DNA from: Chlorobiota bacterium
GTDB taxonomy: Bacteria; Bacteroidota; Ignavibacteria; OLB7
Length of the DNA stretch: 64,000 nt
Reading direction: 5' to 3'
Assembly: GCA_028287785.1 (NCBI GenBank)
Contig: JAQBOZ010000007.1
Span: 271,393-335,392, forward strand
Shown: in pieces, positions 1 to 10,117 of the stretch
Numbering within the stretch: position 1 is the stretch's first letter
Layout: each line of letters begins with the position of its first letter
The notes under the pieces: generated by a model
What the model was told of the DNA's origin: nothing
What the model saw: only the letters and a program-made list of their open reading frames with translations
The model's database searches: none
Program-made: the position numbers and the translations under genes

Positions 1-771
1 GCCGAGGTTCTCGGGGTAACTCCAGACGCCATTCTTCAGATGCGAAACCCAGATCTCCTGATCCCCCCCCTCCGAGTGGGCCGTGGTCGCGAAGTAGATG
101 ACATCCCCGTATGCCCCGACCGAGGCGCCGTAGATGCGGAACGGCGTGCTCTTCTTGAAGAAATCGGTAATGCCCCCGCCAAGGCCGTGGGCATTCTTCC
201 ACTCCCGCGACGGGTTCATATCCGCGCGGTAGAACGGCCCCCCCTGTACCACCCACCCCTTCCTGAGCGATGAGAAGTAGATCGTCCCGCCGTTCGGGCT
301 GATCGACTCCACGGCGTCATCCTCGGCGGTGTTGATCACCGGGCCAAGATTTACCGGCTCGCTCCAGACATCTCCCCCCCTGGCGGATGTGTCGCGGATG
401 GTGAAGTAGATATCGCTGTCGTAGCACCCCTTCTCGGAGCGGAATCTCCCCCAGGAGCGACCGCCGTAACGGGTGGAGTTGAAGAACATGACGCGGCCGT
501 CGGCGGTGATCCGTGGGGTGTTGTCCTGAAAGCCGAGCGCGGTGCCGGCGGCCACCGAATCGTTCCAGCGTCCCAGCATTCGCACTTCGCGGATCGTATC
601 GCCGGAGGGAACGCTGCGCGTTGCATCGACAATCGACGGAGGTTTCCCTTTTCCGATGCCCCTGCGGCCAAGATCCGCGATCGGCTGCGCCGATACCGGG
701 GACACCATAAGTGCCGCCAGCACGCAGAGGAGAACTCCGCCACGAAGGATGAAAATGAGGGATTGCGTCAT
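1..771 (-). CDS. Secreted PD40 (WD40-like beta-propeller) repeat protein, N-terminal part only (runs off the window); possibly PorE/OmpA-type
   Basis: Not in the ORF track; translated by hand from ATG at 771: MTQSLIFILRGGVLLCVLAALMVSPVSAQP... with PD40-type motifs PRITADGRVMFFNS, WSEPVNLGPVINT, SISPNGGTIYFSS, WSYPENLG. Confidence 0.8.
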   Translation of the reverse strand, partial: MTQSLIFILRGGVLLCVLAALMVSPVSAQPIADLGRRGIGKGKPPSIVDATRSVPSGDTIREVRMLGRWNDSVAAGTALGFQDNTPRITADGRVMFFNSTRYGGRSWGRFRSEKGCYDSDIYFTIRDTSARGGDVWSEPVNLGPVINTAEDDAVESISPNGGTIYFSSLRKGWVVQGGPFYRADMNPSREWKNAHGLGGGITDFFKKSTPFRIYGASVGAYGDVIYFATTAHSEGGDQEIWVSHLKNGVWSYPENLG

Positions 772-1211
772 ACTGCTTTCAAACTGCCGGGACATTCAGG
801 CCCCGAGGGATGAGACTGCGCGGAGGATCGCACCGATTCCGAAACGTGCCCCTTGCTGATCTGCGAACAGTGGTTCTGGTGCCGACGTGATGTTTCCCTT
901 GCACCGATGCCATTGAATGGTGAGGCATCCCGATCCCACGAGCATCACGTTTTGCTGATTACATAATCATCAAGATATCAAACAAGCCGATTTTTTGTAT
1001 ACACTCGCCGGTTTCCTCCCCCGCGACCGTGGGCCACGCGAGCCCCAACCGCGCATAGAACCAGCACATCAGCGGAGATTGCCGTTTGTTAAATGATGTA
1101 TATATATAGCGTTGCGGTGATCCCATATACGCGACAGCCGGTGGCGATGCTCCAGCGTGGACCGAGAAGCCATCACCACCGACCGTTCACAGATGCCGAA
1201 CCCGGCCGAAT

Positions 1212-1445
1212 CTATTGTCTGGAAATCGAGGTTTCCGCCTTGATCGCAATCAGCGTAGTCGGCTGCTGTTCGCTGCTCAGCCGTTCGCCAAGGACCATCA
1301 GCCCATAGATAGCCCCCATCGCCACCCCAAGCAGCGATGCCAGAAGAATGCCCATCAGAAAAAGCACTTCGCAATCGTACATGAAGCTTCCAATCGCCGC
1401 CAACCCGGTGAGGATCGTCGCGCCATATAATCCATTCTGCTCCAT
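1212..1445 (-). CDS. Small two-TM membrane protein (77 aa, MEQNGLYG...)
   Basis: GGAGG RBS upstream of ATG at 1445; hydrophobic hairpin. Confidence 0.5.
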   Translation of the reverse strand: MEQNGLYGATILTGLAAIGSFMYDCEVLFLMGILLASLLGVAMGAIYGLMVLGERLSSEQQPTTLIAIKAETSISRQ

Positions 1446-1669
1446 CGTCTTCCCCTCCAGTCTGTTCACCATCCATCCCTGTTGATAAGCTCCGCTTGCG
1501 GAGCCCGCCCCAATGGGGGTCATAATGCCGAATGATACAATCGGCCTGCCAGGAATTGATGAGAGCGATCATGGGTCGGGTGGAGCGATATCGTGGCAGC
1601 AACAAGCGCGCACGGATGGGGCAACCTTCCGGATATGGCGATCAACGGCGACGGAAACCGGCGTGGCGG

Positions 1670-1906
1670 CTATGCAAGCTCGCCGATTGCCCCTGATGCC
1701 CGGCGCGCCGGGGTGGTTCCGCTCCACTCCTCCGGCTCCTCGTTGCAGCGCCGCGCGGTCCGCTCGATTATCACAAGCGCGCCAAGCAGCAGTCCCACGG
1801 CCAGCATGATGGTAATGCTTACCACGAAAAGGGCGATTCCCGCCCCCATCGAGCCTGCCACCACCATGTTCCGGGCTGTCGAGCGCTCCAGTTCAAGCTG
1901 TTCCAT
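1670..1906 (-). CDS. Small membrane protein (78 aa, MEQLELER...)
   Basis: GGAGGAATGAACG-ATG RBS; long hydrophobic stretch. Confidence 0.55.
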   Translation of the reverse strand: MEQLELERSTARNMVVAGSMGAGIALFVVSITIMLAVGLLLGALVIIERTARRCNEEPEEWSGTTPARRASGAIGELA

Positions 1907-2032
1907 CGTTCATTCCTCCATGGTTTTATTCGCATCGTATCGCAACCGGCTCACGGCATCGGATATCATCATCCAAACCTCATGCAACTGGCCTGCCAAC
2001 CGGGTTCACGGCGGAACGGAATGTGGGGCATT

Positions 2033-3367
2033 TCAAATCAGGCGACGTGCCTTCAGCTCGAGATACTTGTTGATCGTGTTGACGGTAAGGCCGCTTGGCG
2101 GCGTGAGGATGGAATGAATCCCGTAGCGCTGAAGCTCCTTGACGATCTGCCGTTTCTCGAAGGCAAATTTTTCGGCGATCGTCTTCAGGTAGATCTCCTC
2201 CGTGTTCGTGGCCGGGGTCTCCAGCAACGTCCGCAGCTCGGTGTTCTCGAAGAAGACCACCACCAGCAGATGATCGCGGGCGATCTTCCGGAAGTAGGGA
2301 AGATCGCGCTGAAGCGATGTCAGCGTCTCGAAATTGGTGTAGAGGAAGAGAAGGCTCCGCCCTTTGATCCGCTGCCGGATGTTGGCGTAGAGCAGCTCGT
2401 AGCTGGACTCCAGGAAGTTCGTCTGCTGATTGTAGAGCACCTCCAGAATCTGCTGCATCTGCGCCCGGCGGCGCTCGGCCGGGATCACGTTCCCCATCTT
2501 TTCGGCAAATGTGATAAGCCCGGCGCGGTCGTTCTTCAGCAGAGCGATGTTGGAGATGACAAGGCTGGTGTTGATGGCGTAGTCCAGAAGGCTCATCCCC
2601 TCGAACGGCATCTTCATCACCCGCCCCTTGTCGATCAGGCTGTAGACCGGCTGCGACCGCTCATCCTGGTACTGGTTCACCATGAAGGACATCTTCCGCG
2701 CGGTTGCCCGCCAGTTGATCGTCCGGTAATCATCGCCGCGGACATACTCGCGGATCTGATCGAACTCCATCGTCTGCCCGATCCGCCTGATCTTCTTGAT
2801 CCCGGCCTCGTTCAATCGGTTGGAGACGGCCAGCAGTTCGTAGCGGCGCATCTGGATGTAGCTTGGATAGACCGGCACCATCTGGTTCTGCGAGAACCTG
2901 TAGCGCCGCCGCGCCATGCCGATCGGCCCGGCCACAAAGACATTGACCGCCCCGAAGTGATATTCCCCCCGCTCGGTCGGGCGAAGCGAATACGAGAGGA
3001 TCTTCCGCCCCCCCGGCGGAACCACAAGGTCGAAGTTGTTGTCCCGCACCTGAAACTGAAACGGAAGCTCATCGACCACCGAGATCCGGGCCGGAAAGGC
3101 GTAGCCGCTCTCCACATGCACGCGGATCTCGTTGTCATCGCCGTTCGAGAATCGCTCCGGGGCCTCCCGGCTTGCCCGAAGCCCGCGGCCACGGTAGAGG
3201 AGGAGCAGATCCACCACCACCAGCGCAACCACCACCACCACGCTGAGCTTCGCGAAGAAGAAGAGCCCCGGCACGATATAGCCCACCACGAAGAGGAGCA
3301 CCACTCCGCCGAGCGCGAGAAAGAAGCGTTTGTCGAGATAGAAACTTCGGAAGAACGTCATGAGCAT
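2033..3367 (-). CDS. DUF58 domain (vWA-like) protein
   Basis: EFDQIREYVRGDDYRTINWRATAR and IDKGRVM motifs; N-terminal TM pair; start moved to MLMTFF (3367) or MTFF (3361). Confidence 0.9.
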   Translation of the reverse strand: MLMTFFRSFYLDKRFFLALGGVVLLFVVGYIVPGLFFFAKLSVVVVVALVVVDLLLLYRGRGLRASREAPERFSNGDDNEIRVHVESGYAFPARISVVDELPFQFQVRDNNFDLVVPPGGRKILSYSLRPTERGEYHFGAVNVFVAGPIGMARRRYRFSQNQMVPVYPSYIQMRRYELLAVSNRLNEAGIKKIRRIGQTMEFDQIREYVRGDDYRTINWRATARKMSFMVNQYQDERSQPVYSLIDKGRVMKMPFEGMSLLDYAINTSLVISNIALLKNDRAGLITFAEKMGNVIPAERRRAQMQQILEVLYNQQTNFLESSYELLYANIRQRIKGRSLLFLYTNFETLTSLQRDLPYFRKIARDHLLVVVFFENTELRTLLETPATNTEEIYLKTIAEKFAFEKRQIVKELQRYGIHSILTPPSGLTVNTINKYLELKARRLI

Positions 3368-3376
3368 GCGTCGTGT

Positions 3377-3405
3377 GTCGGGGGACGTTTCAAACGTGCC
3401 GGAAC
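3377..3405. repeat. Degenerate REP-like palindrome (GTCGGGGGACGTTTCAAACGT..)
   Basis: Same core as the copies at 19492-19627 and 61506. Confidence 0.6.
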
Positions 3406-3434
3406 AATCGTTTAAAGACGGCCGGGGATAAACT

Positions 3435-4457
3435 CTATCGGGGAACTTCGATCCGATCGACAATTCCCTTCACCACGTCATCCGGCGTCACCCCTTCCAT
3501 CTCCTTCTCCGGCGTGATCAGAATCCTGTGGTTCAGCACCGGGCCGACAACGCGCCGGATATCCTCGGGGGTCACAAAATCGCGACCGGCCATCGCCGCG
3601 AACGCCTTTGCCCCCATCATGATGGAGATCGATGCCCGCGGCGAGGCCCCCAGATAGAGCGCGTTGTTGTTACGCGTGCCATCCACGATCTGAGCGATGT
3701 AGCGAAGAAGCGGCCCCTCGCAATGGACCTCCCGAACCTTCGCGCGGAAGGCGGCGATATGCTCCGCGGTCATCACCGGCCCCACCACGCTGATATCGGT
3801 GCTGCTCTTGCGCTGGTGAAAATCGGCAAGGATCTTCACCTCGTCGTCGATCGAGGGATAACCGACAGTGATCTTGAAGAGAAAGCGGTCCAGCTGCGCC
3901 TCCGGCAGACGGTAGGTTCCCTCCTGTTCGATCGGGTTCTGCGTGGCGATCACCAGAAACGGGCTGTCCATCAGGTAGGTCTCCCCATCCACCGTCACCT
4001 GCCGCTCCTCCATCACCTCGAAGAGGGCTGCCTGCGTCTTGGCCGGCGCCCGGTTGATCTCATCGATCAGGATCAGGTTGCTGAAGATCGGCCCGCGCCG
4101 GAACTCGAACTCGGATGACTTCATGTTGAAGATGGAGGTGCCGAGGATATCGGACGGCATCAGATCGGGGGTGAACTGCACGCGGGAGAAGCCGACCGAA
4201 AGCGTGCGGGCGATCAGCTTCGCGGCAAGCGTCTTGGCGATGCCGGGAACCCCTTCGATCAGCACGTGCCCGTCAGCCAGAATGGCCGCCAGCATCTGAT
4301 CCACCATCGCATGCTGCCCCACCATGATCTTCCCCACCTCCATGCGGATGCGATCCATCGCCTCCCGGATATCGCCGAGATCGAGACGGGATGTAAAGAA
4401 CTCCTGACTGTCCATAATGCCCTTCTGTTTCTGATAGGTTTCGGTAGGATTGAACAT
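3435..4457 (-). CDS. moxR: MoxR family AAA+ ATPase
   Basis: GHVLIEGVPGIAKT (Walker A), RVQFTPDLMPSDILG, LIDEINRAPAKTQAAL, ATQNPIEQEGTYRLPEAQLDRF. Confidence 0.95.
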   Translation of the reverse strand: MFNPTETYQKQKGIMDSQEFFTSRLDLGDIREAMDRIRMEVGKIMVGQHAMVDQMLAAILADGHVLIEGVPGIAKTLAAKLIARTLSVGFSRVQFTPDLMPSDILGTSIFNMKSSEFEFRRGPIFSNLILIDEINRAPAKTQAALFEVMEERQVTVDGETYLMDSPFLVIATQNPIEQEGTYRLPEAQLDRFLFKITVGYPSIDDEVKILADFHQRKSSTDISVVGPVMTAEHIAAFRAKVREVHCEGPLLRYIAQIVDGTRNNNALYLGASPRASISIMMGAKAFAAMAGRDFVTPEDIRRVVGPVLNHRILITPEKEMEGVTPDDVVKGIVDRIEVPR

Positions 4458-4489
4458 GCGCCGCCACCCGCACCGGTGCCCCGCGGGCG

Positions 4490-5713
4490 CTACCGGCCCC
4501 GCTTCTGGAAACCCTCGATCGCCGCGTTGATCTTCATAAGCTGCTGATCGGTAAGCGAACTGGCGCGCCTGACCTGTTCGATACGATCGAACACCATCCG
4601 CACCTCCTCTTCATCCACGCCGGAGCGGGACGCCACAAGGCGATGAAAATCCCCGCGCAGATCGCTCGACGTGATGCCGAAACGGATGCGGAGATAATCG
4701 AGGAAATAGGTTATCCGCTTCTCGGCGATGTTCCGGTGATCGGCATGCTGGAAATACAACTGCGACACGGTCGCCGCGAACTGAAGAGTGGTGTTCGGAA
4801 GCGGCCTGATCTCCGGGATGATCCTCTGCCGGCGCTTCCCCATGAACAGCATGAAGCAGGCCACGCCGATCAGGCCGATGTAGAACGCCCAGGCGAGCGC
4901 CTCCTGCGAAAGCACGTATCGCATCGGCGAGGTGATCACCCTGCGCCCCACCTTGTAGTACTCGTCCCAGATCACCGTCGCCGGCGGAAGGTAGGAGAGG
5001 GCCTTGTAGATGTACTCCCCGTTCTTCGCATCCAGCACGTTGTAGTTGGTAAACGCATAGGGAAGCGCGCTGAGATAGAACGCACCGCGACCATACCGGA
5101 CCCTGATGAAGTTCGGCTCCCCCAGCGTGTTGATCCCCAGGATCTCCGTTGATGCCGTGTCGAAGTCCTTGAAGTAGCGGTCGGCGACCATCCGCCGGTA
5201 GGAATAGGGGACCGCCGATTTCAGGCTCGGGCTGGTGAAGTTGATCGCGACCTTCGATGAATCCCCACCGAAGACGTTGTAGTTGCCCGCGATGTCGATA
5301 TGGAGCGAATCGGCGAAGTCCGATCCGAACGATTCAGCAGCGACGAAGACCCGGCTCCCGGCGTCGACGAAATCGAACAGCGCCGTGCGGTCCAGCTCGT
5401 CCGGGCTGAACTCCGTGTTGATGATGATGTAGTTCATCTCCTCGCCGGTGTGCCGGGGGTCCCGGTCATCACCCGCGGTATACTCCAGATGCCCGCTTCC
5501 GAGGGCGTTGTACGCCGGCCCGGTGCTGCTGGCAATCGATGCATCGTGGAAGAGATCGGGGAGAAGATCGTAGAGGATGTAGGTTCCGTACGGAACCTTG
5601 TCGTTCCGGGTGAAGCTGGGGGACCAGTTCACCTCGCGCGGCGCCAGTATTCTGGCGATGATCGCGATGATGCCGACCACGGCGAGCGGGATGGTGTAGA
5701 TGCGCCGCTTCAT
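4490..5713 (-). CDS. DUF4350 domain membrane protein
   Basis: DKVPYGTYILYDLL, IWDEYY, KRRQRIIP..PLPNTTLQFA motifs typical of this MoxR-cluster member. Confidence 0.8.
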   Translation of the reverse strand: MKRRIYTIPLAVVGIIAIIARILAPREVNWSPSFTRNDKVPYGTYILYDLLPDLFHDASIASSTGPAYNALGSGHLEYTAGDDRDPRHTGEEMNYIIINTEFSPDELDRTALFDFVDAGSRVFVAAESFGSDFADSLHIDIAGNYNVFGGDSSKVAINFTSPSLKSAVPYSYRRMVADRYFKDFDTASTEILGINTLGEPNFIRVRYGRGAFYLSALPYAFTNYNVLDAKNGEYIYKALSYLPPATVIWDEYYKVGRRVITSPMRYVLSQEALAWAFYIGLIGVACFMLFMGKRRQRIIPEIRPLPNTTLQFAATVSQLYFQHADHRNIAEKRITYFLDYLRIRFGITSSDLRGDFHRLVASRSGVDEEEVRMVFDRIEQVRRASSLTDQQLMKINAAIEGFQKRGR

Positions 5714-6516
5714 GCCTCCCTCCGCAGCATCGCGTCGAAGCCGGCAAAGCGCTCCCGGAGGCTTCGAAACATCGTCTCGTCGACCGGCAGATCGCCGTAC
5801 CAGACGTATTCGAACAGCAGCGTCACCTGGGCGAACGGATCGCGGAGCGCCGGCACCGACAGCTCGCGGAGATAGTCGTGGTTGGTCTTCTCCATGCGGA
5901 GCGCGATCATCTTTCGGCTTCCCATCTCCTTCAGCAGCTTCAGATAGTGCAGCCGCACCGCCCGCCTGAAGTTCCGCGCCGCAACCGCCGCCTCGATCAG
6001 CCGGTCGAAATCCATCGTCTCGATATTCTCATCGATCTCCGTGAAGCCCGGCGCCACGGCCTCCCCGTCGCGGAAGAACGCCCCGCGCACCCCGTCGCTC
6101 CTCAGCACAAGGAGCACCAGCCCCAGGCCGATAAGGATCACCGACGGCCAGGAGGTGAGCGCCGACCAGATCTTTCCCGGCGCGGAGCCTGCGCCCTTGC
6201 CGTAGAGATGCTCGCGCAGCCAGGCCAGCACCTTCTGAAAAAACGTCGATGGATCGCGCGGCTTCCGATCGTACAGATAATCGTCGTCATCGGTGAATTT
6301 CTTCAACCGCCGGGCATCGGGCTTTCGGATAAGGATGGTGCTGTGATCGCTGGCGACGCCGTGGTTGCCGCCGACGAGACGGTGCCGGGTGCTGTCGCCA
6401 TACTTCTCCACGGGTATCGGCGCGCTATGCAGGGAATCGTCCTCCTCCTGTGCCGGGAGAGGGACGCATGCGAACAGAAGAAGTGCCAGCACGAGGAGAC
6501 TACCAGCCAGTCGCAT
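5710..6516 (-). CDS. DUF4129 domain protein
   Basis: AVRLHYLKLL, KTNHDYLREL, FEYVWYG; overlaps both neighbours. Confidence 0.85.
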   Translation of the reverse strand: MRLAGSLLVLALLLFACVPLPAQEEDDSLHSAPIPVEKYGDSTRHRLVGGNHGVASDHSTILIRKPDARRLKKFTDDDDYLYDRKPRDPSTFFQKVLAWLREHLYGKGAGSAPGKIWSALTSWPSVILIGLGLVLLVLRSDGVRGAFFRDGEAVAPGFTEIDENIETMDFDRLIEAAVAARNFRRAVRLHYLKLLKEMGSRKMIALRMEKTNHDYLRELSVPALRDPFAQVTLLFEYVWYGDLPVDETMFRSLRERFAGFDAMLRREA

Positions 6517-7393
6517 CCGCGCTCCCCGGCTTTTCGCTGGAATCGGTATCGTCGGCGGAATCGGCGTCGTTGCCGCCGATCGTCTGAATGCGGCGCATCA
6601 GCCCGACGCCATCATGCTTCTCCCGGAGGTTGAAGTAGTTGAGCGCGGTGGCAACGGTCGGAAGCGCCGAACAGAGAGCGCCGCCGAAGGTGGCGATGAC
6701 GGTTCCGACCATCGACAGCACGCCGAGACGGTCGCCATGCCCCGTGAAATACCCCTCGGCGAACACGGCAAGCAGCGCCGGGATCTCGAAGAAATAGCGC
6801 ATGACCATGGCGATGATGAACGGCACCACGAAGATGCCGAACGCCAGCCACCAGTGGCCGCGGACCAGCTTGATGCTGCGGGAAACCGACTCCGATATCG
6901 AACACCGTTCGTAGACCTGCACGGTGACCACGACGGTATAGATGCCGAAGCAGTAGATGCCGGGGATGAGGAACAGCATGGAGGCCAGGCCGATGACAAT
7001 CGCGCCGCAGAAATAGGTGAAGCTCACCTTCAGCACATCGCGCCGCGTCTCCCCCCAGACCTCCTCAAGCGTAAACCCGTCCGGCCCCTTCTCGGCATAG
7101 AGCGCCACGAACTCGTTGATCACCGTGGTCATCACCGAGAAGGCCAGCACCAGTATCAGCATGGCAAGGAACACCGAGCCGATTGCGCCCCCCGTGGCCC
7201 CGTAGGACCGATAGGGCCCGGCGTTGATCGCGGAGCCGAACAGGAAGCTGGACACCAGCAGCAGCGGGCCGGCAATGAACAGAACGCACTTCCCCAGGAG
7301 CCTGAAATTTTCCCGGATGAACGTGAAGGTGAGGCCAAGCTGATCGCCGAAATCACGCGACTTGAACAGCTCAAGGGGTTCGGAGGTTTCCAT
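6500..7393 (-). CDS. Integral membrane protein of the MoxR cluster
   Basis: RDFGDQLGLTFTFIRENF N-terminus, about 6 TM, YFNLREKHDG near the C-terminus. Confidence 0.8.
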   Translation of the reverse strand: METSEPLELFKSRDFGDQLGLTFTFIRENFRLLGKCVLFIAGPLLLVSSFLFGSAINAGPYRSYGATGGAIGSVFLAMLILVLAFSVMTTVINEFVALYAEKGPDGFTLEEVWGETRRDVLKVSFTYFCGAIVIGLASMLFLIPGIYCFGIYTVVVTVQVYERCSISESVSRSIKLVRGHWWLAFGIFVVPFIIAMVMRYFFEIPALLAVFAEGYFTGHGDRLGVLSMVGTVIATFGGALCSALPTVATALNYFNLREKHDGVGLMRRIQTIGGNDADSADDTDSSEKPGSADATGW

Positions 7394-8348
7394 CGTTCGA
7401 TATGCGATAGAGGTGACGAGGGTAGATCACGAAGTAGCCGATAACGAACACGAGCGACGCGGAGATGATCGTCAGGCTGGCCCAGATCGGCATCTCCGTG
7501 TAGCGCGTGATAAATGATTCCAGAAAACCGGCGGCGATAAAGACCGGTATCAGCCCCACGATCAGCTTCACCCCACGCACCGCGCCGCGCCGGAAGGACT
7601 CCCTGCGTGAGTAGGTTTTCGGGAAGAGGATGCTGTTTCCCATCACCAGCCCGGCCCCGCCGGCGATGACGATCGCGGAGATCTCCAGCGTCCCGTGAAT
7701 CCAGATCACCAGCGCCGACTGCGCCAGCAGCCCCCGCTCGTAGAAGAAGTACTGGAACACGCCCAGCATCACGCCGTTCTTGAACAGCTCGTACGCGGTG
7801 CCGAACGAGAGGAGAATCCCCTTGACGAACACCATGAACGAGACGAAGATGTTGTTGATGGGGATATACGCGAACATCGTCCCCTCCCCGCTGTGCTTGT
7901 ACACCCCCATGGGGTCGCCCTTGGCGATATTCTCCAGCGTCATGTTGACATAACTATCGCCGAGGATCAACCTGACGAAGTCGCTGTCGTTGGCTGATGA
8001 GAGGGCGCCGATCACGACCGAGATGGCGAAGATCACCAGCGCGTAGAGCATCTCCCGCTGCGACTGGAATGCGGCCAGCGGAACCTCCTCCTTCCAGAAG
8101 GTGATAAACCGGCTGCGCCGTTCCTTCCTGTTGCGATAGATCGCCTGGTGGACCTTCATGGTCAGGCCGTTCAGGTAGAGCGTGGTGTTGCTTTTCGGAT
8201 AGAATGTGCGGGCGTAGGAGAGGTCATCGGTAAGCTGCACGAACAGGTCGGCGAGCTGATCGGGGTTGGCCCGGTCCCGCTCCGCCAGCAGCGTCTCGAA
8301 CTCCTTCCACCGATCGGCATTTTTCCGGAGGAACGCTGCCTCTCTCAT
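7371..8348 (-). CDS. Stage II sporulation protein M (SpoIIM/DUF95) family membrane protein
   Basis: Start MREAAFLRKN at 8348; DLSYARTFYP, NGVMLG, HGTLEISAI, AGFLESFIT. Confidence 0.9.
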   Translation of the reverse strand: MREAAFLRKNADRWKEFETLLAERDRANPDQLADLFVQLTDDLSYARTFYPKSNTTLYLNGLTMKVHQAIYRNRKERRSRFITFWKEEVPLAAFQSQREMLYALVIFAISVVIGALSSANDSDFVRLILGDSYVNMTLENIAKGDPMGVYKHSGEGTMFAYIPINNIFVSFMVFVKGILLSFGTAYELFKNGVMLGVFQYFFYERGLLAQSALVIWIHGTLEISAIVIAGGAGLVMGNSILFPKTYSRRESFRRGAVRGVKLIVGLIPVFIAAGFLESFITRYTEMPIWASLTIISASLVFVIGYFVIYPRHLYRISNDGNLRTP

Positions 8349-8504
8349 ACGATTGAACGTCTGGTTGTATCCGTCGGTAATGATGTTCGCGCGCCGGGAG
8401 AAGGAATTCCGCTGGATGGGTCGGGTCATTTTTGCATGTTTGCCGCAACCCGCACACGCCCGCGCCGAATGGCCTCGGCCGGGAGCGAACATAGCCGAAT
8501 GCCC

Positions 8505-9230
8505 ATGAAAGTACAAATTCAAACCACGCAAAACGTCGATATCGAGTATGAGGTTGCCAATATCGCCGAACGTATCGGCGCATGGGCGATCGACGCGCTG
8601 ATCCTGTTCGGCTACGCCGTGATCATCTTCGCCATCACCAGCTCTCTGGCGCGGACTTCCTCGATCGGGGAGGGTCCGGTCACCATCATGACGGTGATCT
8701 TCGCCCTTCCCTATCTCTTCTACGAGCTGCTCTGCGAGATCTTCATGAACGGGCAGAGCTTCGGCAAGAAGGTCTTCAAACTCAAGGTGGTGAAGCTCGA
8801 TGGATCGCAGCCGGAGATCGGCGGCTACTTCCTCCGGTGGCTCCTCAGAATCGCCGACATCTGGATAGCCTTCGGCACGGTTGCCGTGGTCACCATCCTC
8901 TTCAACGGCAAGGGGCAGCGCCTTGGCGATCTGGCCGCCGGCACCAGCGTGGTCAAGATCAAGCCCGCGGTCACGCTCTCCGATACCATCCTGGCGAATG
9001 TTGCCGATGATTATGTCCCCACATATCCGCAGGTGATGGAGTTGAAGGATGAGGATATCGCGGTGATCATGGAGGTGCTTACGTCGCGGGAATATCGGGA
9101 TGATCCGACGATCGTGCGGGCACTGGTCACCCGGATTCAGGATACGATCGGCGTGACATCCGAGCTGACGCCGAAGAAATTTCTGCGGACCGTAGTGAAG
9201 GACTACAATCACTACGCAAGCCTGATGTAG
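8505..9230 (+). CDS. RDD family protein
   Basis: Start MKVQIQTTQNV at 8505; RIGAWAID, GQSFGK, QRLGDLAAGT; divergent from spoIIM. Confidence 0.9.
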   Translation: MKVQIQTTQNVDIEYEVANIAERIGAWAIDALILFGYAVIIFAITSSLARTSSIGEGPVTIMTVIFALPYLFYELLCEIFMNGQSFGKKVFKLKVVKLDGSQPEIGGYFLRWLLRIADIWIAFGTVAVVTILFNGKGQRLGDLAAGTSVVKIKPAVTLSDTILANVADDYVPTYPQVMELKDEDIAVIMEVLTSREYRDDPTIVRALVTRIQDTIGVTSELTPKKFLRTVVKDYNHYASLM

Positions 9231-9248
9231 CAGACGCGCCGGTCACCG

Positions 9249-9350
9249 GGAGTTTCCCGGCCGGAAGGAATCCGGGAAACTCCAGGCCCCAACGACAAAC
9301 GCCGCTCGCCGATCTTCCCTCAAACGGGAGAAGGATCGACGAGCGGCGTT
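9249..9350. terminator. Two hairpins between convergent genes (probable bidirectional terminator)
   Basis: GGAGTTTCCCGG/CCGGGAAACTCC (9249-9283) and AACGCCGCTCG/CGAGCGGCGTT (9298-9350). Confidence 0.55.
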
Positions 9351-9370
9351 GTGTATCAGCCCTGACGAAA

Positions 9371-10009
9371 TCAGGGGGTCGTCAGCCGCTGGTCGGAGCT
9401 ATCGGTGGGATCGATCGACGGCGCTCCCGTGCGGGCGCGATCATCCGAGCCCTCGGCCTTCGCCTCGCTTTCTCCCTCGACGCGCATCTCCTCGGCCCAG
9501 GCGCGCTTCTCCATGTTCATCGGGTTGATGCTTGCATCGGACTCCGACTTCACCTCGCCGGCGTGGATATGCCCGCGCCACTCACCCGACTCCGCACGGC
9601 GCGCTTCGATAAAGCTCTTGAACCGTTCCAGATCCCCCTCGACGCTGCGGGAGACGGAGCCCAGCATGTCACCGACGGTCTCGATAAAGCCCTCGGGCTT
9701 GTATTCGATCCGCAGATGAACCTGCGTCCTCTGCTCGTCGATCGGCGTAAAAGTGACGATGCCGGTGTTCTCGGCGCCGGAGACGCTTCGCCACGCGATC
9801 TTCTCGTCCGGCACCTGCGAGGTGATCTCCGCCTCCCACTGCTCCTCCTTGCCGCCGATCTCCGCTTTCCAGTGAAGATGCTTGTCGTCAAGCTGCTTCA
9901 CCTCCGATACGCCGTCCATGAACTGGGGGAACTCCTCGAACTGCGTCCACTGGTTATAGGCGGTGCTGACCGGCACATCCACTTCGATAGATTTTTCGAC
10001 CGTAGCCAT
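9371..10009 (-). CDS. SRPBCC/cyclase-dehydrase family general stress protein
   Basis: MATVEKSIEVDVPVSTAYNQWTQFEEFPQFMDGV, IAWRSVSG, DLERFK; AAGGAG RBS. Confidence 0.9.
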   Translation of the reverse strand: MATVEKSIEVDVPVSTAYNQWTQFEEFPQFMDGVSEVKQLDDKHLHWKAEIGGKEEQWEAEITSQVPDEKIAWRSVSGAENTGIVTFTPIDEQRTQVHLRIEYKPEGFIETVGDMLGSVSRSVEGDLERFKSFIEARRAESGEWRGHIHAGEVKSESDASINPMNMEKRAWAEEMRVEGESEAKAEGSDDRARTGAPSIDPTDSSDQRLTTP

Positions 10010-10117
10010 ATCGCTGCTCCTTGCGTAATTCATAATCAAGTATTGATCCGGCGGCGCATCCGCGTCCCCGTCATAACCGTCCGGCGCGGCATGCCGCGCC
10101 GGGTTAACCGCTCACGC

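Noticed and set aside
7371..9212. 613-aa ORF overlapping the RDD gene
   Set aside because: The real SpoIIM start is at 8348; the upstream part is antisense to RDD
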